The notes under the pieces were generated by a model. It was given only the letters and a program-made list of their open reading frames with translations. It made no database searches and was not told the DNA's origin. A stretch of DNA of 54,544 nt from an uncultured Candidatus Saccharibacteria bacterium (lineage in GTDB: Bacteria; Patescibacteriota; JAUYIX01): NCBI GenBank assembly GCA_964503525.1, contig CAZCZY010000034.1, positions 1 to 54,544 of the forward strand, written 5' to 3'. A program made the translations under genes and the position numbers. Shown here piece after piece: positions 29,315 through 38,341 of the stretch (position 1 is the first letter of the stretch; the number at the start of each line of letters is the position of its first letter).

Positions 29315-30547
29315 ATGGCAAGTTTTCGTTCCGGCACAGTGGTTTGGCTATTTATGGCTTTAGCAGCGCTTTTGACCTTTGTTGGTGTGCTGTACTGGGG
29401 ACGAACCGGGGACATACACCAGAGCGAAACACGCACCGGCGATAGATTACCGTTCGCCGAAAACGCACCTGTATATATAGAGTCAGCCGAAGATTTTCCA
29501 AACGAACCCAAAGGTCTGCACCCAACGCGACTCGTTGTTGGCCAAGGAGCTGGCGAGCGCTCGGGTGAGCGCTCATTTGATACGCCCGACTTCTTGGGGT
29601 CACACGGCGTATCGTCGCGCACCGCAGGAATTTTTTATTTTGACGATCGCGAGCATGTAGTAAAAACCGTGAGCGGTTCGACACTCGCACAAACTCGTGT
29701 CACCAACTCGGATCTGTCCGGATATTTTTTGGTGAGCAATGACGGACAGCAGATCGCCTGGTCGAGTGGCGAATTTACAAACGGAGAAACGCGTGCGACT
29801 TTAAAAATATCTGCGGCATATCCCGACAAAAAAGATTTAGGCAGGCAATCTTCGCAATCATTGCACAGCCAGACACTTTCTGGTCAGCAAGCCTTTGTAC
29901 CCTTAGCGTGGTCTGCAGATAATCAAACGGTCTGGTACGGACAATTAAGTCTAGACGAACAAATTGCTGGTGTTCGTGCGTACTCCAAATTATTTCAAGT
30001 AAATACAGATGCGGAGGCTGTCGGTCCTGACGCAGAGCCGGATGCTGAGCGAGAAATAGCTTTTCCGGCCAAAGATTTGCGGGGGATTGGCGTCGATGCA
30101 GAGCGCGGGCGGGTATTTTTTTTGAAGGAATATTTACCCACGGATAGTACCCCTGCGGCCATTTCGCCCGCACTGGTGGTATTTGATTTACTCACCGAGG
30201 AAATTGCGGAATATCCCCTGCTAACAGAATTCCCAATCGTTTCGTCTATTGCTCAAAACGGGGATTTTATTGCACTTGGTTTGCGTTCGGGCGAACAAAC
30301 ACAAAATCAAGTCTTTTTGATCAACACGACCACAAATCTCACGCAAAGCCTGGCTACGTTGGCAGACAAACAAGAAGTGGTCGGTTTTTTAGACGGCGAT
30401 TTGCTTTTGAGTAGGGGCGGAATCAATCGTGGCACGTGGCGTGTATCTTTAGATGGCGCCGGTGGGGGAGCTGTTGGCGCTGTTCGCACAGGAGTAGAAT
30501 CACGAGTAAACACCATGCGCGCGATTGCTATAATCCCAGCCAAATAA
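29315..30547 (+). CDS. membrane-anchored beta-propeller-like hypothetical protein
   Basis: N-terminal TM VVWLFMALAALLTFVGVLYWG. Blade-like motifs (SNDGQQIAWSS, WSADNQTVWYG, QNGDFIALGL). Architecture resembles 1601..2983. Confidence 0.7.
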   Translation: MASFRSGTVVWLFMALAALLTFVGVLYWGRTGDIHQSETRTGDRLPFAENAPVYIESAEDFPNEPKGLHPTRLVVGQGAGERSGERSFDTPDFLGSHGVSSRTAGIFYFDDREHVVKTVSGSTLAQTRVTNSDLSGYFLVSNDGQQIAWSSGEFTNGETRATLKISAAYPDKKDLGRQSSQSLHSQTLSGQQAFVPLAWSADNQTVWYGQLSLDEQIAGVRAYSKLFQVNTDAEAVGPDAEPDAEREIAFPAKDLRGIGVDAERGRVFFLKEYLPTDSTPAAISPALVVFDLLTEEIAEYPLLTEFPIVSSIAQNGDFIALGLRSGEQTQNQVFLINTTTNLTQSLATLADKQEVVGFLDGDLLLSRGGINRGTWRVSLDGAGGGAVGAVRTGVESRVNTMRAIAIIPAK

Positions 30548-30599
30548 TCGCTCGGACCAAAAACCATTACACAAAAACCATCTCACAAAAACATTCTCA

Positions 30600-32996
30600 A
30601 TGAAATTTGTTTTACTCCAACTTCCCATACCGCGCAGTGAGGTTTTGAAATTGTTCCAAGGCGGGCTCGAACATTTACGTCAGCGGTTACGGTTTGTTCG
30701 TAATAAATCTGCAAAAATTCCGCGCGTACAAAGTGATCGCGTGTTGCATGATTTTGTTGACACAGTGCGGCTGGTCCGGGGCGAACCGGTCACAAATCAC
30801 GGAGCGGTAGCACACGGATGGATTTTGGCGACGGCGCTGGAGCCGCGGTTTCGTCGACGCTTGCGATTGGCGTTACAAAACGGAACGGGCGACCGGGTTT
30901 TGGATCAGTTGTCACGCGGGTATGTATTGGCGATCGATCGAAAAAGTTTGCCGGCTGCGTATCAATCGCGTGCGGTCTCGGCGCGAACAGCAGCGCTGGA
31001 CGATTTTCGCGCGTATTTTGACGCGTATAAATTTGCGCGAAATATGGAGTTGGCGCTGCGACGCGAAAAATCAAAACGTGCGGGCGTGGCGTATGCCAAT
31101 ACAGTGCTCGCGTTACTGCATGTGGAAGGAATAGTCGCAGCTCTGCGGGGAACAAATTCGACACGGGCGACAAATTCTAGTGCGAGGTCCAACGCGGTCA
31201 TCCGCGCCGCCAGGAATTTCTTGACCGTCTCTATTCCGCCGGTTGCATGGTCGCGCGCGACTCTTGTGCGAGGTTGGCAAGCGGACCTGGCGGCGCTTGC
31301 TTCTGCGCGAACCACGGCGGCGCGCGGCACGCGAGCTCAGCAGCGAGCGTTGCAGCGAATCGAAAAGATTTTTCACAGCTTCAATTTTTATGATCCGAAT
31401 AATTCCGATGCGCGCTTTGTTCAGGCGGGAGTTTTTGTGGCACATCATCTTGATCGTCGTGGGAAAAAGTTAAAGGTGTTTAAGGGGCCGACGAATGCAG
31501 ATGTTCGTGCAGGAATTAAAAATTTTCTAAAAAAGCTTGATTGGGCGGGGCCATACAAAAAAATTCTGCAAAGTTGCGCGGATGTGCCGTTATACGTGCT
31601 CAATGAATATAGCGCCGATAGTCGTGAGTCACGCCTGATCGAGTCAGTTGGAAAACCTGAAGCGGCCATAGAAATCTGGGGATTGTATGGCGAACGCTGT
31701 GCGGAAAATCTCGGCGAATGCCGTCCAGATCAGGGGCATTACGTTTTGCAATTTGAAGACGCCGCGCATCGCGATCTCGAAGAATATCAGCACGAGATAT
31801 TGCGACGGATTACTTGGCGACGCGAACTGGCTTTAGTTTTCAAAAAACAATTGACGGACCGGTTCTCCACAGAAGAAATTGCTGTGGTCGTGACCGCGCT
31901 TATAAATATTACACGCGGTAACGGTGGCGCGATTTTTTTGGCCTTGCAAAAAATCGCGCCACGCCTAGCGGCACGACGGTCGCCGCACGTCCCCGCCGAG
32001 CTAGTAGAAGCGCAACTACTACAAGCGCTTTTCCGCGCTGCCTGCATCACCGGCGACATGGTCGAACCCGCTCTGATCATGGAGAAAACTATCCGAGCGA
32101 GCGAGGCGCGTGAATTTATCGAAAAACTGTTGCGGCGCTCCGGGTTACCAATGCGCAAACCAAACGACCCGATCGAAAAAGGTTGGCTGGTCGATTTGGA
32201 CCTGCGCGAGAGTTCTGGTGCAATGGTAATGGCGGGTCTGCGAAAAGTAGTGCTGTTGCAATTGCCAGGGGATCCGCCAATTATATCTCGCTCGGATTTA
32301 GAAATTGGCCTTGGTGTGCACGAACTATTGCACGTGCTTCGCTCAGAAAGCTCCAAGTCACAATTGTTTGCGCGGCTGTCTACGGGAGTGAGCGAATATT
32401 TGGATTACGAAGAAGGCATGTCCGCATTTCTTGAGCGGCTGGCCGTACCCGATCAAATCAGCGAGCGACGCGTCACACACGCACTCAGTTACTTTGCAAT
32501 CGCACTCGCACTAAAAAATGCACCACCGGATTATGTTCGGCCCGCGTACACATGGCAAGAGATTTACGATTTATTATGTGCATACGGGCTGCCAGAAGAT
32601 AGCGTTTTTGAAACTTTGCGTCGTATCGTACGAGGGACTGATGGAAAGCGTCGACCGCGCAATCTTAATTTGCGCGACGCCGTGTACTTCCGCGGGATCA
32701 AAAAAATTGAGGAGTGGTTACCGCGCGCGTTTGGCTACGAGATTTTTGAACACGTCTGGCGTGATGAGTACAAAGGACGAACCCTCACTCGCGCGGACCA
32801 GGCCGCATTGATCAAAAAAATCCGTGGTATGCACCGCGACGAGTACTATCAAAAGCATTTTGCTGCGGCCGCGATAGTAACGCTGCTCAACGAGTTGATG
32901 GTGGGCAAGGTCACGCCTGAGTTTGTTCGTAAATTAAAAGAGCACGGACATTTTAAGCCGTCGCTTTTTTTGTTAGAGAAACTGGTAAAGTCGTAG
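30600..32996 (+). CDS. large Arg-rich protein with C-terminal DUF1704/MATCAP-like (QEGLA-motif) putative zinc metallopeptidase domain
   Basis: HELLH at 32319-32333, EEGMSAF (QEGLA-like) at 32409-32429, and RIVRGTDGKRRPRNLNLRDAVYFRG matching the DUF1704 Rv.RG...KD.vYl.G pattern. The N-terminal ~530 aa is unassigned. Confidence 0.75.
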   Translation: MKFVLLQLPIPRSEVLKLFQGGLEHLRQRLRFVRNKSAKIPRVQSDRVLHDFVDTVRLVRGEPVTNHGAVAHGWILATALEPRFRRRLRLALQNGTGDRVLDQLSRGYVLAIDRKSLPAAYQSRAVSARTAALDDFRAYFDAYKFARNMELALRREKSKRAGVAYANTVLALLHVEGIVAALRGTNSTRATNSSARSNAVIRAARNFLTVSIPPVAWSRATLVRGWQADLAALASARTTAARGTRAQQRALQRIEKIFHSFNFYDPNNSDARFVQAGVFVAHHLDRRGKKLKVFKGPTNADVRAGIKNFLKKLDWAGPYKKILQSCADVPLYVLNEYSADSRESRLIESVGKPEAAIEIWGLYGERCAENLGECRPDQGHYVLQFEDAAHRDLEEYQHEILRRITWRRELALVFKKQLTDRFSTEEIAVVVTALINITRGNGGAIFLALQKIAPRLAARRSPHVPAELVEAQLLQALFRAACITGDMVEPALIMEKTIRASEAREFIEKLLRRSGLPMRKPNDPIEKGWLVDLDLRESSGAMVMAGLRKVVLLQLPGDPPIISRSDLEIGLGVHELLHVLRSESSKSQLFARLSTGVSEYLDYEEGMSAFLERLAVPDQISERRVTHALSYFAIALALKNAPPDYVRPAYTWQEIYDLLCAYGLPEDSVFETLRRIVRGTDGKRRPRNLNLRDAVYFRGIKKIEEWLPRAFGYEIFEHVWRDEYKGRTLTRADQAALIKKIRGMHRDEYYQKHFAAAAIVTLLNELMVGKVTPEFVRKLKEHGHFKPSLFLLEKLVKS

Positions 32997-33044
32997 CTGA
33001 ATTGTTGATTACTGGGGAACTCATTGGTATTCTCGCTTGGTCAT

Positions 33045-33119
33045 TCCGGGGTAGCTCAGCGGTAGAGCAATGCGCTGTTAACGCAAAGGTCGTGGGTTCG
33101 AGCCCCACCCCCGGAGCCA
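33045..33119 (+). tRNA. tRNA-Asn (anticodon GTT)
   Basis: Acceptor TCCGGGG/CCCCGGA. D-arm GCTC-AGCGGTA-GAGC. Anticodon loop CTGTTAA. T-arm GTGGG-TTCGAGC-CCCAC. CCA is encoded. Confidence 0.93.
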
Positions 33120-33191
33120 GGTTAGTCAGGTTCTACGCGACCGGTCCCTTTCGCGACACAGAAAGAACAATTTTCTTAAAAACGAAATCCT

Positions 33192-33734
33192 TTGAAAGCT
33201 TTATTACTTTGCGGCAGCGGTTCGGAGAAATCTCACACCCGTGCGCTTTTAGAATATCTAGATGGCTTATTCAAAGAAAAAGGACACGAGACCAGATTGT
33301 GGGATCTCACGCAATCGCCACTTCTGTTTGTATTGGCTGAGTACCACAAGGACCCGACCGTAAATCCAGACAAAACGGTGCGCGATTTTGTCGCCGCGGT
33401 TGAGGAGTCAGATGTAATCGTGCTGGGCAGTCCGCTCTATCACGGTTCGTACACGGGAATTCTCAAGAATGCGCTCGATAATTTACGTGCGGACGCTTTT
33501 CGCGGTAAATGGGTTGGTCTCGTCGGCAACGCGAGTGGTCTGCGCGCGAGCCATGTGCAATTTAGTCATTTGCGCCAAGTGGTCAACACGCTGGTTGGCT
33601 ATACTGCACAAACCCAAATCGGGACCGCTAAAGAAGATTATGACGAGCTCGCCGACAGATATGTTCTCCGGGACCAAAAAATGAAGGAGCGCTGCGACCG
33701 TTTAGTGGACGAACTAATCGCAACGCAAGCATAG
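33192..33734 (+). CDS. NADPH-dependent FMN reductase family protein
   Basis: MKALLLCGSGSEKSHTRALL ... VIVLGSPLYHGSYTGILKNALDNL is typical of FMN_red. Apparent TTG start. Confidence 0.85.
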   Translation: MKALLLCGSGSEKSHTRALLEYLDGLFKEKGHETRLWDLTQSPLLFVLAEYHKDPTVNPDKTVRDFVAAVEESDVIVLGSPLYHGSYTGILKNALDNLRADAFRGKWVGLVGNASGLRASHVQFSHLRQVVNTLVGYTAQTQIGTAKEDYDELADRYVLRDQKMKERCDRLVDELIATQA

Positions 33735-33771
33735 ATTTGTTAGCGTTTGCCCCTGGTAGTACAATTGAGGC

Positions 33772-33969
33772 ATGACTAAGAACGAACCATCGACACATAA
33801 ATACGCGCCCAAAATAAAGATCGAAAACAACGTCTTTTCTGGCGCCCTCTGGTGCATCGGCTGGCTATTTACGATCGGATTTTTGCACCTTAGCTTTTGG
33901 AGAGGCGTTCTCGCCCTTCTGCTCTGGCCGTGGTACCTCGGGCTATTCATTAGTGACTTAATAAGATAG
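33772..33969 (+). CDS. hypothetical small membrane protein (65 aa)
   Basis: Two hydrophobic segments (ALWCIGWLFTIGFL, VLALLLWPWYLGLFI). Confidence 0.45.
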   Translation: MTKNEPSTHKYAPKIKIENNVFSGALWCIGWLFTIGFLHLSFWRGVLALLLWPWYLGLFISDLIR

Positions 33970-33988
33970 CCCCTTAGTATGGGCTCTC

Positions 33989-34282
33989 ATGGCAAAAGCA
34001 ATGGTAGCTCGAGTGACCAACGCCTCGAGCTATTTTGCGTATATCGTTCGCTGTTGTGATGGAACTTTTTACACCGGCTGGACTACCGACGTGGCAGCGC
34101 GAGTTCTGCAACATAATGCAAAAAAAGGCGCCAAATACACCCGATCACGTCTGCCGGTCGTGCTGATATACTCCCTGCGCTGTTCGTCCAAAAAAGCAGC
34201 CCTCCAACAAGAACGAAAAATAAAAAAACTCTCGCGCTCACAAAAAATTAATTTAATTGTAGAGCAAGCCGAATCGATCTAG
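33989..34282 (+). CDS. GIY-YIG nuclease-family protein (UPF0213/YhbQ-like)
   Basis: YFAYIVRCCDGTFYTGWTTDVAARVLQHN ... ALQQERKIKKLSR carries the GIY, YIG, Arg and Glu motifs. Confidence 0.85.
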   Translation: MAKAMVARVTNASSYFAYIVRCCDGTFYTGWTTDVAARVLQHNAKKGAKYTRSRLPVVLIYSLRCSSKKAALQQERKIKKLSRSQKINLIVEQAESI

Positions 34283-34328
34283 ACGCGATCCTGCCAACCT
34301 GCGCAGGCCGTTAGGGATAGGCAGTAGC

Positions 34329-34469
34329 TTAGAAGAGCAGTGAAGCTAAACCTACGAGAAGGCCGATGACTATCAAGGCAACTACAAATTTAATGGCGAG
34401 GCCCAGGAACTTGCCGACAATACCGACAAGTAAGAGGATAACGCCGATAGTGAGAAGCGTTGTAAACAT
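34329..34469 (-). CDS. small hydrophobic membrane protein (46 aa), probably leaderless
   Basis: Inner ATG of ORF 34329..34529. MFTTLLTIGVILLLVGIVGKFLGLAIKFVVALIVIGLLVGLASLLF. TGcTATAAT lies exactly 6 nt upstream of the ATG. Confidence 0.45.
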   Translation of the reverse strand: MFTTLLTIGVILLLVGIVGKFLGLAIKFVVALIVIGLLVGLASLLF

Positions 34470-34475
34470 GCCGGC

Positions 34476-34484
34476 ATTATAGCA
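34476..34484 (-). promoter_or_regulatory. extended -10 promoter (TGcTATAAT)
   Basis: Minus strand reads TGCTATAAT-gccggc-ATG. This geometry predicts transcription starting at or next to the start codon. Confidence 0.5.
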
Positions 34485-34983
34485 CCACACTGCCGTGGAA
34501 ACTTTTTGTTTCATACTAGTTACGAACACGCAAAAAATAAATCCACCTTATGCTTAAAGCGCTAAAAAACGCCACATTAGCGCACTCTACATATGCGCAG
34601 TCGTCTCCGTCATGTATTTTCGCACCCGTCTTTTACCAGAAGAAGATTCCGTCCTAATGCCGATTGCAGTGGGATTCTTTGCGGTTTTTACAGGATTGAT
34701 CTTTGTCATCATATTCTTGGCTGCACCTCAAAGCGCGGCCATGATATAATTCCGTAACTATAATAATTCTTCAATTTATCCTTGGTGTACTCGGTGTTGT
34801 TGCCACCATCTCTGTTTGGCGGGGCATATGGGAATTGCAGGATTTGATTCTGCCCAAGAATTTTATCGGAAGTCGCATGGTGTCATTGTTGGGTGGGTTT
34901 GCATTGGCCCTGATAGTTCTAGTGCTTGCCAGATATATTTTTGACTACTCACTATTTTGACCAGAGGCAGTCTGAATCTGGCA

Positions 34984-35463
34984 ATGCAAAAAGCATATTT
35001 TGCTGGTGGATGTTTTTGGGGTGTGGAATATTATTTTCAGCAGGCGCCTGGGGTGCTGTCAACGCGTGTCGGGTACATGGGTGGTACCACAGAGAAGCCG
35101 ACATACGAGCAGGTAAGTCACAAAAAAACCGGCCACGCAGAAGCAATCGAAGTAGTTTTTGACGGCGCAAAAACTACGTATGAGGCTCTCGCCAGACTAT
35201 TTTTTGAAATACATGATCCGACGCAACTAAATCGACAAGGACCAGACGTGGGAGCGCAGTATCGTTCGGCGATTTTTTATGCCGACGAGGATCAAGAACG
35301 CGTGGCTGAGAAATTGATAGATATTCTCAAGAAAAAGGGGCTTGATGTAGAGACGCAGGTCCAGCCTGCCGCCACATTTTGGGAGGCAGAAAACTACCAC
35401 CAACAATATTACACAAAGGGTGGTGGCGTACCCTATTGCCACGTGCGGAAAAAGGTTTTTTAA
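34984..35463 (+). CDS. msrA: peptide-methionine (S)-S-oxide reductase MsrA
   Basis: MQKAYFAGGCFWGVEYYF ... HAEAIEVVFD ... DPTQLNRQGPDVGAQYRSAIF. ATG 34984 preferred over the upstream TTG. Confidence 0.95.
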   Translation: MQKAYFAGGCFWGVEYYFQQAPGVLSTRVGYMGGTTEKPTYEQVSHKKTGHAEAIEVVFDGAKTTYEALARLFFEIHDPTQLNRQGPDVGAQYRSAIFYADEDQERVAEKLIDILKKKGLDVETQVQPAATFWEAENYHQQYYTKGGGVPYCHVRKKVF

Positions 35464-35509
35464 ACGCCAAAGGGCTTGTTGGGGCCAATGCCAACTTACG
35501 CCATAGATC

Positions 35510-35518
35510 TGGTACAAT
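35510..35518 (+). promoter_or_regulatory. extended -10 promoter candidate (TGgTACAAT)
   Basis: TGGTACAAT ends 10 nt before ATG 35529. No SD, which implies a very short leader. Confidence 0.4.
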
Positions 35519-35528
35519 GTAAAGCTAT

Positions 35529-38273
35529 ATGCGCTTCTTCCCGCGCCGATTTCGTCGCCAGATAACAATCATGCTTATTGCCAGTATGGTGCTTGGCACC
35601 ATTGCTCCAATTGGTGGCTCTCCAAAACAAGCTGCAGCGGCAGACAGTGTCCAGCCTACAAACGACACCTGGGTTACGAATGGAGCCGTCAATGATGTTG
35701 TAACGGATGGCACCACCACATATCTTGGCGGAACTTTTACCCAGGTCGCACCGTATCATGGCAATGGCGTGCCATTTAACCCCGGTACGGGCTTGCCCTT
35801 TGCCGATTTTTCTAAGGTTGATGCGACAAACGCTGGGCTTACCACTGGCGGCCTGTATATTTCCATTCCTGATGGTTTAGGTGGCTGGTATATTGGAGGG
35901 CAATTTCGTCGCGTGGGTGGCCTTGCAAGAGACCGACTCGCCCACATATTACCGTCTGGCCATGTAGACCCCGCTTGGAATCCTGGCGCAAACGGAACGG
36001 TTCTAGGATTGGCCTATGACAATGGCCTTGTGTACGCCGTTGGTGACTTTACCGTTGCAGGAGGTGCTTCACGCACGAGAATAGCTTCCATTAACGCAAG
36101 CGGTGTTGCGACATCGTGGGCGCCCACACTTGGCACAATCGGCCGAACGATAAAAGTAGATGGGGATTATGTGTATGTGGGAGGCGACTTTGTATTAGCG
36201 AACGCTACTACACGCAACCGCTTAGCAAAAATTCACAAGACTACTGGTGTTTTAGATGCCTGGAACCCTAATGCGAGCGCCACTGCGGGCGTCACCGTGC
36301 ATGACATCGAGATAGTTGGCTCACTGGCCTATATTGTTGGAAACTTTACAACGATCAGTGCGGTTTCTCGAACAAGAGTTGCTGCTGTCGATAAATCCAC
36401 TGCGGTACTTGATCCCTTTGCACCAACTACAAATGCTTTAACAAAGGAGATAGATATACATGGTGGGTTTGCATACTTGTGCGGTGACTTTACGAACATT
36501 AACGGCAACGCCACGTTTAACGAATTGGGTCGGACATTTTTAACTGGGGCAGGGGCATTAGATACGACGTGGGATCCCTTGATAAATGCATTCTGCGAAG
36601 ACGTTGAAGTAGTGGGGACAGATATTTACGTGGGAGGCAATTTTACTTCCTTGGGCGGGTCTACAAGAAACCGCCTTGGCGCGGTCTCAATTGCCTCTGC
36701 GGCCTTAAATGCTTGGGCGCCAAATGCTAACCAAGCTATTCTTTCTATTTCGCTCTCTGGATCAAATGTATATTTTGGTGGGTGGCAGCACAGTATCTCT
36801 TTTGAAACGAGAAATCGTGTTGCCGCTTTTAGTGTGTCAACGGGAGCTGCACTAGCTTTTCACCCAAATGTCAATACAAGCGCGGTTCAAACGTTAGAAC
36901 TTTCTGGAAGTAATTTATATATTGGTGGGACCTTTACAACCATTGGCGGCACAACCAGAAACAATATTGGGCGAGTCAACGCGACGACGGCTGCGCTTGA
37001 CGCTACGTGGAATCCCAACGCAAACAGTACCGTCTTTGACATACTAATTGATGGTTCGAATATATTTCTTGCCGGAGCCTTTACTCTTATGGGTGGTACG
37101 GCAAGAAATCGTCTTGCAAAAGTTAATGACTCGACCGGAGCCCTTAACACGTTCTTTAACCCCAATGCTAATTTGGTGGTAAATAGTATTGATCGAGACG
37201 GAAGTAGAATTTATGCGGGAGGCACTTTTACAACAATGGGTTTAGTCGCTCGTAACCGACTCGCTGCGATCGATACCGTAACGGGTGCGCTAGACACACT
37301 TTGGAATCCCAATGCGAACTTGACAGTGGAAGTTGTAAAATATGACACGACAAAAGTCTACGTCGCTGGATCTTTTGGGATTGTGGGTGGAGCTACACGC
37401 GATAGTATCGCCGAACTCAACACTACAACCGGCGCTGCAACGACGTGGAATGCGGGCGGTACCGCAACTACGGTCAACGAGTTGGTCGTGACTCCCACTT
37501 TTATTTTTTTAGGCGGAGATTTTACCATTATGGGAGGTCCCGCCCGTGTGGATATTGCCCAGTTAAATAGGACCACGGCTTTAGCGACAACATGGAATCC
37601 AGCTAACGCAGCTACAGGCGCTGGGGTTGAGGCAATTGCACTAACACCAAATGGAAATCATGTCTATGTGGGAGGTATATTTACAACATTAAACGGTGGT
37701 GCCAATGCCGACGAGGGCCGCGATTTTTTTGCCGAATACGCCTTTGACGCACCCGCTGAAGTAGAAATCATAACAATCGACGGCGAGGTGCCGGAGACCA
37801 TTACGTTTATTCTATCCGATGCCACCATTGGGTTTGGACAATTATCTACGGTGCTTTCGCGCTATGCAACGGGGGACGCGCTTGGCTCCGGAACCGAAGT
37901 AGTCGCACATACCCTCCAAGCTACCTCAAATGCGTCCAGTGGGTATGTAATGACGGTTTTTGGGGAGAGCCTTGATAACGGAATCGATATTCTTACTGCA
38001 ATTGGCGGAATAACAGCCGTTGCTCCAAATCCTGGAACGCAACAATTTGGCATTAGGATAACTGCAGTGTCCGGGTCGGGAACGGTTTCTGCCCCGTACG
38101 GGACGGCTAACTATGCCTATGGTGGAGTCACAACACCCGACCAAATCGCGACAGCGAGCGGCCCGTCTCTAACCACCACGTACAGTTTGTATTATCTAGC
38201 GAATATTGACGTCAACATTTCTTCGGGGGATTATGTCGCGCAGCTGACCTATACTATCGCCCCGACATTTTAG
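35529..38273 (+). CDS. secreted multi-repeat beta-propeller protein (914 aa) with distinct C-terminal domain
   Basis: Signal-like N-terminus. About 13-14 tandem ~48-50-aa units with Y.GG.FT..GG..RNRLA......G.LD..WNPNAN, similar to delta-60/DUF5122-type propeller repeats. Unrelated ~190-aa C-terminal domain ending ...GDYVAQLTYTIAPTF. Confidence 0.85.
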   Translation: MRFFPRRFRRQITIMLIASMVLGTIAPIGGSPKQAAAADSVQPTNDTWVTNGAVNDVVTDGTTTYLGGTFTQVAPYHGNGVPFNPGTGLPFADFSKVDATNAGLTTGGLYISIPDGLGGWYIGGQFRRVGGLARDRLAHILPSGHVDPAWNPGANGTVLGLAYDNGLVYAVGDFTVAGGASRTRIASINASGVATSWAPTLGTIGRTIKVDGDYVYVGGDFVLANATTRNRLAKIHKTTGVLDAWNPNASATAGVTVHDIEIVGSLAYIVGNFTTISAVSRTRVAAVDKSTAVLDPFAPTTNALTKEIDIHGGFAYLCGDFTNINGNATFNELGRTFLTGAGALDTTWDPLINAFCEDVEVVGTDIYVGGNFTSLGGSTRNRLGAVSIASAALNAWAPNANQAILSISLSGSNVYFGGWQHSISFETRNRVAAFSVSTGAALAFHPNVNTSAVQTLELSGSNLYIGGTFTTIGGTTRNNIGRVNATTAALDATWNPNANSTVFDILIDGSNIFLAGAFTLMGGTARNRLAKVNDSTGALNTFFNPNANLVVNSIDRDGSRIYAGGTFTTMGLVARNRLAAIDTVTGALDTLWNPNANLTVEVVKYDTTKVYVAGSFGIVGGATRDSIAELNTTTGAATTWNAGGTATTVNELVVTPTFIFLGGDFTIMGGPARVDIAQLNRTTALATTWNPANAATGAGVEAIALTPNGNHVYVGGIFTTLNGGANADEGRDFFAEYAFDAPAEVEIITIDGEVPETITFILSDATIGFGQLSTVLSRYATGDALGSGTEVVAHTLQATSNASSGYVMTVFGESLDNGIDILTAIGGITAVAPNPGTQQFGIRITAVSGSGTVSAPYGTANYAYGGVTTPDQIATASGPSLTTTYSLYYLANIDVNISSGDYVAQLTYTIAPTF
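35709..37701 (+). repeat. tandem coding repeats (~150 nt period, 13-14 diverged copies)
   Basis: Recurring WNPNAN/WAPNAN/FNPNAN and GG(T/D/N)FT motifs at a regular ~48-50-aa spacing. The copies are diverged at the DNA level. Confidence 0.8.
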
Positions 38274-38341
38274 CGTGCCGGTGTCACAGCGTAGATTGTC
38301 CTTGCGAATCTGACTAAAGGTGGCTATGCTCCGTTTTCATT

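Noticed and set aside
17967-34530. Integrated mobile elements at tRNA-Ser or tRNA-Asn
   Set aside because: I found no integrase, recombinase or transposase, no phage structural genes, and no direct repeat of either tRNA 3' end. The genes downstream look chromosomal.
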